From an uncultured Candidatus Saccharibacteria bacterium (GTDB lineage: Bacteria; Patescibacteriota; Doudnabacteria; UBA920), in NCBI GenBank assembly GCA_964402965.1, contig CAYODY010000001.1, positions 72,002 through 136,001 on the forward strand: 64,000 bases of DNA, in the 5' to 3' direction. The notes below the pieces were generated by a model. It was not told where the DNA came from, searched no databases, and saw nothing but the letters and a program-made list of their open reading frames with translations. Each line of letters begins with the position of its first letter. The stretch's first letter is position 1. The translations under genes and the position numbers were made by a program. Positions 8,888 to 20,373 of the stretch are shown piece after piece.

Positions 8888-9433
8888 CTAGCTTTTCTTT
8901 ACTTGCAAGAAGTCTAATTCAACTGGAGTTTCGCGGCCAAAGATTGTAACCATTACTTTTACTTTACCTTTAGCTTGATCTATATCTGAAATCTTTCCTT
9001 GATATTCTTTGAATGGACCATCAATGATAGTAACTAACTCGCCTACTTCAAAGTCTACTTTGAACTTTGGTTCTTCAGTGCCCATGCGCTTTTGTAGGAA
9101 ATCCCACTCTTCTTGAGAAACTGGTGTTGGGATAGTTCCGGAACCAACGAATCCTGTTACGTTTGGTGTGTTACGAACAACATACCAAGAGTCATCTGTT
9201 ACAATCATGTTTACTAGAACGTAACCTGGGAAAATCTTTTCTTCAATAGTAGTACGTTTACCGTCACGAATTTTGATCTTCTTTTCTTTTGGTACTACGG
9301 CATCAAAAATTTTATCTTGCATGCCAAGATTTTCAATACGTTGTTTAAGGTTAACGGCAACGCTATCTTCGTACCCGCTGTATGTATGTAGGACGTACCA
9401 GTTTTTTTCGCCGGTGGTTTGTTGCTTAGACAT
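8888..9433 (-). CDS. nusG: transcription termination/antitermination factor NusG
   Basis: NGN domain (WYVLHTYSGYE) and a KOW motif (GELVTIIDGPFKEYQGKI). 181 aa. Confidence 0.9.
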   Translation of the reverse strand: MSKQQTTGEKNWYVLHTYSGYEDSVAVNLKQRIENLGMQDKIFDAVVPKEKKIKIRDGKRTTIEEKIFPGYVLVNMIVTDDSWYVVRNTPNVTGFVGSGTIPTPVSQEEWDFLQKRMGTEEPKFKVDFEVGELVTIIDGPFKEYQGKISDIDQAKGKVKVMVTIFGRETPVELDFLQVKKS

Positions 9434-9459
9434 TTAGAAAAAATTAAAATTCTTTATGA

Positions 9460-9642
9460 TTACTTAATAAGACTTTCAAAACCTTTTAGAAGGCCAAAGT
9501 CAGCTGCACCTAAAATTACTGCCATTGCTACACTAAAAGCAATAACAGTTAAAGTGTAACGAATTGTGTCTTGGCGAGATGGCCAAATTACTTTGCCCAA
9601 TTCTGCCCAAACATCTCTGAAAAATTGAATAATTTTTGACAT
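9460..9642 (-). CDS. secE: preprotein translocase subunit SecE
   Basis: 60-aa single-TM protein. FFRDVWAELGKVIWPSRQDT matches SecE. Sits upstream of nusG as usual. Confidence 0.85.
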   Translation of the reverse strand: MSKIIQFFRDVWAELGKVIWPSRQDTIRYTLTVIAFSVAMAVILGAADFGLLKGFESLIK

Positions 9643-9786
9643 TTTTTTATAATTTTCCGCTTGATTTTAGTAACGAAGCTAGGGTTTTCCTTAGGAAATT
9701 TCCTATTTTGGCCAAAATTTCAAGCTTTTTTAAAACCCGCAACGGGGTTTCCCCTATTATACTATGTTTTTTGTTAGAAAGTCAAA

Positions 9787-9812
9787 TATAAAAGGCCTGT
9801 AAGATTCAGGCC
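9787..9812 (-). terminator. putative terminator downstream of gyrB
   Basis: GGCCTG-aatctta-CAGGCC followed by TTTTATATTT on the minus strand. Confidence 0.45.
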
Positions 9813-9819
9813 CTTTATA

Positions 9820-11973
<2,154 letters not shown>

Positions 11974-12045
11974 TTAGCCAAATCTTTGGCTAAATACCTA
12001 AGTAAATTATAGCATATTAGGTTAAGTTTTTCCACAGTAAAAACA

Positions 12046-12078
12046 ACAAAAAACCCGCTTATACAAGCGAGTTTTTTA
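12046..12078 (-). terminator. rho-independent terminator downstream of pheS
   Basis: On the minus strand: CTCGCTTGTATAAGCGGG followed by TTTTTTGTTGTTTTT. Confidence 0.6.
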
Positions 12079-12109
12079 GTAAAAAGTATATCTATTTTTA
12101 GATAAGGAC

Positions 12110-13249
12110 CTATCGTAACTCTGCATCAAACTGTTTGGCAGTTTGGCTGTAAACCTCGGCTTGTAGAGGTTCAACTTCCTCGGCTTCTAGTGTGCGGTCT
12201 GGACTGCGGTATAGGACGCGGTAAGTGTAGCTTACGCGGTCTGCACCAAATTTCTCTGCGTTTTCGTATTTATCCATAAGCTGAACTTCTTCTACAAGGT
12301 CACCACCTATGTCGCGAATTAAGTCGAAGTAATTGTTAGGTTCAAAAGTATTTTTTACAATGAATGAAATGTCACGAATTATTGGAGGGTATTTGCTAAC
12401 TGCTTCAAATTTTTGCCCAAGATGTAATTGCTTCTTCACGCGTTCATCTTCTGACCAAAGCAATCGAATGTCTGGAAGTTCCATTCCAATAATCGCAAGG
12501 CGTTCTAATCCAAAACCAAACGCCCAACCGTTGTACTGTTCTGGATCGACGTCTAATCTTTTTAGTACTTCTGGATTTACAAGTCCTGCACCAAGTACTT
12601 CTACCCATTGATCATCTTTATCTACTTCCATTTCCAATGAACTATGTGTGTATGGGAAAGTGTCGTCGTTGAAACGGTATTTTATGTCTGGACCAAATGC
12701 TGCTTTTACAACATTTGCCAAAACTTCTTTTAAGTCGTCTTGAGTAATTGTGCGTTCGCTAGTTGGGTGCAAATACAGTCCATCCATTTGATGAAAAATA
12801 TTCATATGGTTTCGGTCAATTTCGTCTTTACGATAGACTTTTCCGTAAGACAAAACACCTAGTGGTTTATTGTCTGCAATTTTTGCACGTATTTCTGGTT
12901 GTTGAAAATAGTAGTACCACATAACTGTTGTGTGTGTACGCAAAATATTTTCTTCGTCAACGTAGTAAGTATCACTTTTTGAACGAGCAGGATGTTCGGG
13001 TGGGAAGTTAAATAAATCGAAGCTTGCACTCGCTGGAACTATTTCTGGAATGTCTATAATGTCGAAATCCTTAAACTGTTCAAGCCCAACAATATTATTC
13101 ACAAGTTCGCGAATTGGACCATCTTCCCTGCGGGAAAGGTCGGCCATATTTAAATAGCGCTTGATGCGCTCTGCTTCGCTGTCTGTGCGTTTGGCTAATT
13201 CAATTTTTAAACGATCTTCTGTATCTGAAGGTATACTTAATCTACTCAT
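12110..13249 (-). CDS. pheS: phenylalanine--tRNA ligase alpha subunit
   Basis: Class II aaRS motif 3 (GWAFGFGLERLAIIGMELPDIRLL) and typical PheS core. 379 aa. Confidence 0.92.
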   Translation of the reverse strand: MSRLSIPSDTEDRLKIELAKRTDSEAERIKRYLNMADLSRREDGPIRELVNNIVGLEQFKDFDIIDIPEIVPASASFDLFNFPPEHPARSKSDTYYVDEENILRTHTTVMWYYYFQQPEIRAKIADNKPLGVLSYGKVYRKDEIDRNHMNIFHQMDGLYLHPTSERTITQDDLKEVLANVVKAAFGPDIKYRFNDDTFPYTHSSLEMEVDKDDQWVEVLGAGLVNPEVLKRLDVDPEQYNGWAFGFGLERLAIIGMELPDIRLLWSEDERVKKQLHLGQKFEAVSKYPPIIRDISFIVKNTFEPNNYFDLIRDIGGDLVEEVQLMDKYENAEKFGADRVSYTYRVLYRSPDRTLEAEEVEPLQAEVYSQTAKQFDAELR

Positions 13250-13281
13250 ATAAAGTTAAATTCGTGCTTAATAAACTGCTA

Positions 13282-13728
13282 TTACTGCAAAATAGTACCA
13301 ATTTCTGTAGATTCTGGCAAGATCATTATTTCTGGTTTGTCGCCTATTTCTTCTGATTTGCCCAGTTCAAATGCGGCGCAGATCATTCCTTGGCTTTCTA
13401 TACCTCGAATCTTTGCTGTACCAAGAACGAAACTTTCATGCTCTTCTGAGTGTATATTGTGTGCGATAGTTGCTCCTGGAAGTGCTAATGCTACTATTGC
13501 ACCTTCCTCAAAGTTAAATGCTCCGCAAACTACTGGACCAATTTCTCGCGTGCCATCTGTTAAAGTAATAACTCGCAGACGGTCGGCGTTTGGATGCTTC
13601 TCAACTTTAGTTACTCGAGCCGCAATTACAGCTCCACTAGTGGGAGGTGTTTTGTTTGTAGAAGGAGTCGTTGTATTTACTGAATTTGTTGGTTTGTTTC
13701 CAAACAACTTTTTAAAAATATTTAACAT
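13282..13728 (-). CDS. free-standing tRNA-binding domain protein (Myf / PheT N-terminal-like, Trbp111/CsaA family)
   Basis: 148 aa. AARVTKVEKHPNADRLRVITLTDGTREIGPVVCGAFN...GMICAAFELG is the OB-fold tRNA_bind signature normally found at the N-terminus of PheT. It lies immediately upstream of pheS, and no pheT follows pheS. Confidence 0.75.
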   Translation of the reverse strand: MLNIFKKLFGNKPTNSVNTTTPSTNKTPPTSGAVIAARVTKVEKHPNADRLRVITLTDGTREIGPVVCGAFNFEEGAIVALALPGATIAHNIHSEEHESFVLGTAKIRGIESQGMICAAFELGKSEEIGDKPEIMILPESTEIGTILQ

Positions 13729-13747
13729 TGATTTCTAAATTAAGTTT

Positions 13748-15139
13748 CTAGTAGTACTTACACTCTTTTTCGTTACACATGTATCCTTTTTTCCCTGCTG
13801 GAGGATTTTGTAATACAGCTTTGATTGTAAATGTTTCAAAGAATTGACCTACTTCGTATTGGTAAATCATCCCATTTGGGTCTAACGGCACATCTGTAAT
13901 GTAACGTGGAATTAATGCACTTGGGAATTGGTCGTTAGTTGGGAATACATTTGTTTGTTGACTGTTAGAGTCTATATTCGCAGTTGAATAAATTAGTAAC
14001 GCACTTTTAATGCTTTCTAAGTCTGTTATTCTTTGTTGATCGTTAACTGCTGCTTCGTCTTTTTTAGCATCGTCTTCAGCATTCTTGCTAGTGTATTTGA
14101 TTAATTGATTTTGAGTTTCGCTGTAATATGCCAAAGTAAAATCTACCCCGTTTGGAGAAACTTCATAGCTATAAACATAGCGCTCTTTGTTGATTGGGTC
14201 GTTGTAATTTGTAGCGACGGTGTTGTATGAGCCAATTAGGTCGCTCATTGTTACGAAGTCTTTGCTGGTTGGAAAAGCTTTTTTGTCAGCTTTATATTTC
14301 AAAAGTGCTGCACCGACTTTTTTAATTGTAGTTTGGCGTTGGCTGTCTCTGTCTAGTTTAGCTTGAGGAGACATATCTAAATTTAAACTTGCAAGGGAGT
14401 CTGCGTCTGGATCTGTAAAATCGTAAAGCTCCATTGCGGCAGGACCAATTGTTGTAAGAGTTGGTTGATGTAATCCAAATCCTTTCACTTTTTCTTTTAG
14501 GGCAATAATTTGTTCTGGAGAATATGGGATATTTGTTTTAATATCATAACCACCTTTTACAAAATCTGAATCGGTATATTCCCCATCTCGGAAAGTACGG
14601 GAAAGCAGTGGGTCTGTTTCGAAAATATGAACTTCGTCGCCATCTGCAACGCCGTCGCTGTCGCTATCTGGATTATTTGGATCTGTTCCAGTATCAAACT
14701 CTTCTTTGTTTGCCAGTCCATCATGGTCTGGGTCGGATTTGTCAGCACAGGTGGTTTTAATGGTACAAGTTTCAGAGCCAAAATACCTTGCTAGCCACTC
14801 TGCAGGGGTTGTGACATCTGGGTCAGTAACTGGAGCAATAGGTGTTTCTACTGTTGGAGTTTCAATCGGTTCTGATTTTTTGTTGAGTAGAAAGAACCAC
14901 ACGCCTGCTCCAATTGCGGCAAGAAGAATCACAACAGCAGGGATCCATACAAATTTGTTTCTAAAAATTTTAAACACGCTACTTTTTGAATCCATGGTTA
15001 TGGAACTTCCGCGAGTCTCTGCACTACTAAAAACAGTTTCTGACTTAGAAGCATTAACTTTGCGCGAAACAGGAGCTTTATTGCCTGTTACTTCTGGCAT
15101 AACGTTGTAGAAAGTAGAAGGTTGTTTTTCGTCAGACAT
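13748..15139 (-). CDS. hypothetical membrane-anchored extracellular protein with thrombospondin-type-3-like Ca-binding repeats
   Basis: 463 aa. Single TM (WIPAVVILLAAIGAGVWFFLL) after a ~55-aa N-terminal segment. DPDHDGLANKEEFDTGTDPNNPDSDSDGVADGDE matches DxDxDG calcium-binding repeats. The C-terminal half shows two related modules. Confidence 0.5.
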   Translation of the reverse strand: MSDEKQPSTFYNVMPEVTGNKAPVSRKVNASKSETVFSSAETRGSSITMDSKSSVFKIFRNKFVWIPAVVILLAAIGAGVWFFLLNKKSEPIETPTVETPIAPVTDPDVTTPAEWLARYFGSETCTIKTTCADKSDPDHDGLANKEEFDTGTDPNNPDSDSDGVADGDEVHIFETDPLLSRTFRDGEYTDSDFVKGGYDIKTNIPYSPEQIIALKEKVKGFGLHQPTLTTIGPAAMELYDFTDPDADSLASLNLDMSPQAKLDRDSQRQTTIKKVGAALLKYKADKKAFPTSKDFVTMSDLIGSYNTVATNYNDPINKERYVYSYEVSPNGVDFTLAYYSETQNQLIKYTSKNAEDDAKKDEAAVNDQQRITDLESIKSALLIYSTANIDSNSQQTNVFPTNDQFPSALIPRYITDVPLDPNGMIYQYEVGQFFETFTIKAVLQNPPAGKKGYMCNEKECKYY

Positions 15140-15155
15140 TTATTTTGATGTTGAG

Positions 15156-15530
15156 CTAAGCGTTTAAAAATATTTCAAGAGTGATTATGAAAAGTATGAG
15201 TGTTAGTCCAACCCACCAGAATAGTAGGCTTGCTGATTGGAGGATTAACAACCCAGAAATTAAAAGTGCGAGAAGGATTGCTTGTCTTGCAGAAGTCCTA
15301 AGGTGTTCTGTAAACATCCCTGGAGTGAATCTTTTCCTCAAGAGAGTTCCTAGTAGTGTAATTATTCCTATCAAACTTAGTGAAAGGGTGATATAAAAAC
15401 TAAATTGTCCTACAAGTCCTGCTGTATTCGGATCTATAAACCACAATACAGAGCCAAATGCGGCAACAAACAGAATCGTTCCCAATAGAATCGGGATTAA
15501 GTAGGTTCGTGTGGTGTTGTGGATCTGCAA
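15156..15530 (-). CDS. hypothetical small polytopic membrane protein
   Basis: 124 aa, four predicted TM helices, no recognisable motif. Confidence 0.4.
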   Translation of the reverse strand: MQIHNTTRTYLIPILLGTILFVAAFGSVLWFIDPNTAGLVGQFSFYITLSLSLIGIITLLGTLLRKRFTPGMFTEHLRTSARQAILLALLISGLLILQSASLLFWWVGLTLILFIITLEIFLNA

Positions 15531-15641
15531 CTTAGATGAGCTTAATTTAATTAAACAGATCAGGAAAGCTGATCAGGCTGAATTACACTGCTGAATTACA
15601 TTATAGAGTGGTTTAATTATACCACATTCAGCTCGGTTCTC

Positions 15642-16271
15642 CTACTTTTTGAAGAGTTTGCGGATCTCTGAGAATATAACTGCTCTAAGTTCAGGACTAG
15701 TTGCGAATTTATACAAGTATGGGGAAATCGAAAGAAGGATGATTAAGGCAACACCTGGAAGAATATACATATCAACATTAGGTATGACTCTTCCAAGATA
15801 GTATCCTAGTACTGTTAATCCTGTAGACCATAGCAAGCTTCCCACAATGCTATAAGTTAGGAATGTGCTGTATTTCATATTCCCTACCCCCGCGAGAGTT
15901 GGTGTGAAAGTTCTAACAATCGGCACGAATCTCGCTAGAATAATTGTCTTCGGACCATGGAGTTTAAAAAATGCATTTGCTTTTTCTAAATGAGATTTGT
16001 GAAAGAAAAAAGATTCTTCTTTTTTGAAAATCTTTGGTCCAAGTTTTTTGCCAATATAGTAACCTGTGTTATCTCCTGCAAAAACGACAATAAAGAGACC
16101 AATAATTATTACCCATATATTTAAAACACCTTGGGAAGCTAGAATTCCAGCAGTAAATAATAGGCTATCGCCTGGTAAGAAAAATCCAAAAAGAAGACCA
16201 GTCTCTGCGAAGACAATCCCGAACAATCCAAGATATCCAACAGTTTTTAAAAGGGTTACTAAATCAAACAT
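15642..16271 (-). CDS. DedA/SNARE-associated (VTT domain) membrane protein
   Basis: GLFGIVFAETGLLFGFFLPGDSLLFTAG is the DedA family signature. 209 aa. Confidence 0.8.
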   Translation of the reverse strand: MFDLVTLLKTVGYLGLFGIVFAETGLLFGFFLPGDSLLFTAGILASQGVLNIWVIIIGLFIVVFAGDNTGYYIGKKLGPKIFKKEESFFFHKSHLEKANAFFKLHGPKTIILARFVPIVRTFTPTLAGVGNMKYSTFLTYSIVGSLLWSTGLTVLGYYLGRVIPNVDMYILPGVALIILLSISPYLYKFATSPELRAVIFSEIRKLFKK

Positions 16272-16303
16272 AAGTTATAGTTAATTGTTTATTTGCTTAA
16301 ATA

Positions 16304-19282
16304 TTATAGCAGATCCGGATGGCTACAATTGTGTCTTTTGCTTTTTTTGTGAAGTTCTGCGAATTTGTCGTACTTCACTGCATCCCTAATTTCTTCAATA
16401 GTTTTGAGAATTTTTTCTTTAAGCAAAGTTAGTTCATCTGGCGCAGCTTTTGGTACTGTGACTGTTTCATTTGGATAAACATACCAATACTGCAAATTCT
16501 CTACTTCCATATTTAAATATTCCTCACAGGCCCATTGGTAAATACGCAACTGATCCACCCCTTCACTATCAGTTTTAGTTGGAACTTTTTCAGAAGTTTT
16601 ATAATCAATAATTTGCAGGCTTGTAGTTTCTGTACCATCCTCTTGTGTAATAACAATACCAGAATCTGCTCTGTCAATCTTACCGTTAAAGGTGTACTGG
16701 TTTTTATCGCCTAGTTTTAGTGAGAAAGCTTTTTCGATTAATACAGGACTAACTGGTTTGCCCGATTTTTTCTTTTCCAGAGTTGTAGAATAGAAAGTTT
16801 TAAGAATTTGTAGACCTCGTTGTCTGTATGTTTCTTTTTGTTCTGGGCTTTCATACCAGTCGTCAATCCATTCCTTTTCGAATAATTCAAAAAGTAATTC
16901 TTCTGGAGGAAGTTCTACTTCAGTTTCTTTGGTAAACAAATCTTGCTGAGGCATGGAAAAACTGTGTTGGTAAGCTTCCATGTATTTCTGTAAGACATTG
17001 TGAATTGTTGAACCAAAACTTAAGTGATGATTTCCTGGTAATGGAAGCTTTAGATAGTAGCGGTACTTGTATTCAAGTGGGCATTGTACAAACTGAGAAA
17101 TTTGACTGAAAGAAAAATTTTCTGGTAGCTGTTTGTAAATAACTTTTTTAGACTTTGATTTGTTCGGAGTAAAGACTACTTTCCCTGTAGCTTTGTGTAC
17201 TGTATCGCTTGGGATTAAGTTAGTTTCGTTCAAAAATATTGATGGTTTTTTGTATTTTGCACCACCGTAATCTGTTGCCCAACTTAGATACAAATGAGTC
17301 TTGGCGCGAGTTACTGCAACGTAAAATAGACGGCGCTCCTCTTGTAAATGGAAATCTCCTTCCGGGAGAATGTCTTTTACTAATGCTTCTGGTAGTTCAA
17401 TTGCATCGCGCTTTGCACGAGTTGGGAATCGTTGGTCAACCATATTAATCAGAAAAGCGAATTTGAACTCCAATCCTTTTGAGCTGTGAATTGTCATGAC
17501 CTTTAAACTTTCAGGTCCTGAGTTTGGATCAAACTTAATAGTTCCATCTTCCCCTGCTTTGAACTCTAAGTTAAGTTCATTCAGAAAACCTCGCATAGTT
17601 CGGTCTTCTGCAGTTTGTACATATGCTTCAATTTTCTTATAGAACTGCTCAAGCAGTTCCCTATTTTGAACATTCTCAAGTGTTTCAACAGCGAGTATAG
17701 CATCTATAGAAAGATCTTCTACCAATTCAACAAAAAGTTCTACTGCAGATTTTTCTGTAGAGAGCTGGGTGTGTTTTGTTAAAAGTTCTAATAGAGTTCT
17801 AATTTTTAGTTTTGAATCCTCTGAAAGAACTGAAAGGGCTTCTTCGCTGTGCAGTGCTTCATATAGCGATATCGTTTTTCTGTTTGTAAACTGAGTTAAG
17901 TGCGCTACATCTAGTGCGTCTAATTGGAACTTTGGGAAATTCAAAACTCTGTAAAGCGCGCTGGATTCATGAAAATTTTTGAGTAATTTTAAATAATTTA
18001 TAATGTCGGAAATTAAAGGTTTCTTGTACAAACCTTTGTTGGCTACAAAACTATATGGAACTTGTTTGGCCTCAAGTATAGGTATAATTTCAGTTGCGGC
18101 GGAATTGGATCTAGTTAAAATACAAAAATCATTCCACGAAGTTTCTGGGAATCTCTCTTTTAATTCTATTGCCTTTGTAACTACTAGGTTTAATTCTTCA
18201 CTTAAGTCTTTTCCTTCAAGAACTTGAATTTCTGTTTCGGATTTTTCGTGTCCTTTTAGGCGCTTGTCTATTTTCAGTTTTGTTTCTAAACGATTCGGGT
18301 TATTTCCCTGAATGAAATTGTATGCTAAATCCAAAATTTTCTGAGTACTACGGTAGTTGTCTATTAAAGTTAAGCTTTGAATTGTTGGGTAATCTTCTTT
18401 TATTTTCAAAATATTAGATACTGATGCACCTCTAAACTTGTAAATAGATTGATCGTCATCGCCTACAACCACTAAGTTTTGTTCTGTGCCTGCTAACAAA
18501 CGGATGAGTTCGTATTGGGCGACGTTGGTATCTTGAAATTCATCTACCATTAAAAACCTAAATTGCTTTTGGTAGTATTTGAGTAAATTTGGACGTTTCT
18601 TGAAAAGTTGAATTGTGTAGTGAATTAGATCTCCGAAATCTAAGTACCCGTTGTCTAGCAGTAGTTGCTGATATGTTTTGTATGCATTGGCAAGTTCTTC
18701 AAGACGTTTTTGCTCTACAACCAAATCTTCATCTGGACCAATAGGAAGTTGATTCGCACCGTTTTCTGCTTTGAGTTTTTCAGCGTAAGCAATGTATTCG
18801 TCCGGAGTTATGAGTTCGTCTTTGCACTTAGAAAAATGATCCAAAAGTGCGTCTATGAATTTGTTTGGACTACCAAGTGGTTTGTAGTAGTCTAGTTTGA
18901 ATTCGTTGAAGTTTTTGTAAATAAAAATCCACTGACGAGTTGAGTCCAGAAGTTCGAAGTCGTTAGATAAGCCAATGTCTATACCATGCTGTTTAATAAT
19001 TCTTTCGCAAAAACTATGGAAAGTTGAAATCCAAAAATCATGGACTCCTAATGGTACAAGCATGTCTACTCTTTCTTCCATTTCGCTTGCAGCTTTGTCT
19101 GTAAAAGTAAGAGCTAGAATTTGGTCTGGTTTAGCCAGTTTCTGGTCTATTAGGTAAGCAATTCGACGAGTAATTACGGTAGTCTTCCCTGTTCCAGCAC
19201 CAGCAACAATTAAAAGAGGCCCATTTGTGTGGGTCACAGCTTTTAATTGTTCAGTGTTTAAATTTTCTAAAAGATTTGGCAT
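16304..19282 (-). CDS. UvrD/PcrA-family SF1 helicase fused to a C-terminal PD-(D/E)xK (RecB/AddA/Cas4-like) nuclease domain
   Basis: N-terminal helicase motif I (AGAGTGKTTVITRRIAYLI), DEFQDTN and later SF1 motifs. The C-terminal ~250 aa carry the IIDYKTSEK PD-(D/E)xK signature. 992 aa. The start ATG directly abuts the TAG stop of the PIN gene. Confidence 0.8.
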   Translation of the reverse strand: MPNLLENLNTEQLKAVTHTNGPLLIVAGAGTGKTTVITRRIAYLIDQKLAKPDQILALTFTDKAASEMEERVDMLVPLGVHDFWISTFHSFCERIIKQHGIDIGLSNDFELLDSTRQWIFIYKNFNEFKLDYYKPLGSPNKFIDALLDHFSKCKDELITPDEYIAYAEKLKAENGANQLPIGPDEDLVVEQKRLEELANAYKTYQQLLLDNGYLDFGDLIHYTIQLFKKRPNLLKYYQKQFRFLMVDEFQDTNVAQYELIRLLAGTEQNLVVVGDDDQSIYKFRGASVSNILKIKEDYPTIQSLTLIDNYRSTQKILDLAYNFIQGNNPNRLETKLKIDKRLKGHEKSETEIQVLEGKDLSEELNLVVTKAIELKERFPETSWNDFCILTRSNSAATEIIPILEAKQVPYSFVANKGLYKKPLISDIINYLKLLKNFHESSALYRVLNFPKFQLDALDVAHLTQFTNRKTISLYEALHSEEALSVLSEDSKLKIRTLLELLTKHTQLSTEKSAVELFVELVEDLSIDAILAVETLENVQNRELLEQFYKKIEAYVQTAEDRTMRGFLNELNLEFKAGEDGTIKFDPNSGPESLKVMTIHSSKGLEFKFAFLINMVDQRFPTRAKRDAIELPEALVKDILPEGDFHLQEERRLFYVAVTRAKTHLYLSWATDYGGAKYKKPSIFLNETNLIPSDTVHKATGKVVFTPNKSKSKKVIYKQLPENFSFSQISQFVQCPLEYKYRYYLKLPLPGNHHLSFGSTIHNVLQKYMEAYQHSFSMPQQDLFTKETEVELPPEELLFELFEKEWIDDWYESPEQKETYRQRGLQILKTFYSTTLEKKKSGKPVSPVLIEKAFSLKLGDKNQYTFNGKIDRADSGIVITQEDGTETTSLQIIDYKTSEKVPTKTDSEGVDQLRIYQWACEEYLNMEVENLQYWYVYPNETVTVPKAAPDELTLLKEKILKTIEEIRDAVKYDKFAELHKKSKRHNCSHPDLL

Positions 19283-19729
19283 CTATTCCTTTCCTGAGAA
19301 GAAACCTGCCCATTGTTTCCAAAGATCATTACCTTCATCTTTGTAACGAACCCAAAATTGAGACGGGTTCACAATTTGGACATTTTCGTATTTCTCGATA
19401 GAAAGTAAATCGTTGTCGCGCGTTACTAAATAGTCAGCACCTGCTTCAACCGCACTCTCTAAAATTTTATTGTCTTCTGGGTCGCGCACAATATTAATTT
19501 GACGTCGATTCACAACATGGTTTATTTGCGAAAGTAAATCATTGATTTCGTTTTCGTATTCTGGGTTTTCTACTAAACGACGCATAATTAACTTATTCTC
19601 TTGAATAGTTTGATGGTTTGCGTACGCTTCAATTTCCCCTGTCCTCACAGCGTCTATAATTTGTTTTTCGTAAGAGTAGTCGTCTTTAATTCCGTCTATT
19701 ATTACATTTGTATCTAAAACTATTTTCAT
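19283..19729 (-). CDS. PIN-domain protein (putative ribonuclease)
   Basis: KIVLDTNVII, DPEDNKIL and LVTRDNDL give the four-acidic-residue PIN pattern. 148 aa. No antitoxin-like partner. The stop abuts the helicase-nuclease start (TAGATG). Confidence 0.7.
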   Translation of the reverse strand: MKIVLDTNVIIDGIKDDYSYEKQIIDAVRTGEIEAYANHQTIQENKLIMRRLVENPEYENEINDLLSQINHVVNRRQINIVRDPEDNKILESAVEAGADYLVTRDNDLLSIEKYENVQIVNPSQFWVRYKDEGNDLWKQWAGFFSGKE

Positions 19730-19767
19730 TCTAATTTTTTCTATTGAAAGGTGCTCTTAGGTTTTGA

Positions 19768-20346
19768 TTAAGATCTGGCGTTTTTCCGTGCGGCGCGGGC
19801 TTGTGGTGTTCGACTGCTTGGGCGGGCGCCTGTACGACCACCTTTAATGGCCATCAGGAAACGACGAGGATCTTCATCTAAGTCTATGAAGTTATCTGTG
19901 AGCTCTTTAATCTTACTCGAAGTAGATTTTCCAAACGCAACGGTTTCAGTAAGTTGGCCTGTCATTTGTAGGTATTCTAGTAGAGGCGCGAAGTCGCCAT
20001 CGCCACTTGCTAAGACAACTACGTCGAGCTTGTTCATTTGCTTAATGATATCCATAGCAATGCCGACATCCCAATCGCCTTTTTGAGTTCCACCAGCAAA
20101 TGTTTGTAAATCTTTTGCTTTAACTTCGAAACCTGCTTTTTCAAGTGCGTCAAAAAAAGTTTGTTCTTCTGGCATATCTGCTTTTACAACATATGCAATG
20201 GCGCGGATTAAACGACGATTACCAAGAGCTTCGTGCAATACTTCGTTGAAGTTTACTCGAGAATTGTAAATGTTTCGCGCTGAGTAATATAGGTTTTGAA
20301 CATCAACAAATATTCCTACTCGCTGATCCGGGTTTCTTATAGACAT
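19768..20346 (-). CDS. NYN/LabA-like domain protein (PIN-like RNase fold) with an Arg-rich C-terminal tail
   Basis: GIFVDVQNLYYS and VVLASGDGDFAPLLEYLQ are the NYN (PF01936) hallmarks. The C-terminus is TGARPSSRTPQARAARKNARS. 192 aa. Confidence 0.7.
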   Translation of the reverse strand: MSIRNPDQRVGIFVDVQNLYYSARNIYNSRVNFNEVLHEALGNRRLIRAIAYVVKADMPEEQTFFDALEKAGFEVKAKDLQTFAGGTQKGDWDVGIAMDIIKQMNKLDVVVLASGDGDFAPLLEYLQMTGQLTETVAFGKSTSSKIKELTDNFIDLDEDPRRFLMAIKGGRTGARPSSRTPQARAARKNARS

Positions 20347-20373
20347 AAAAAATAGTTAAAAAATTAGATAAGG

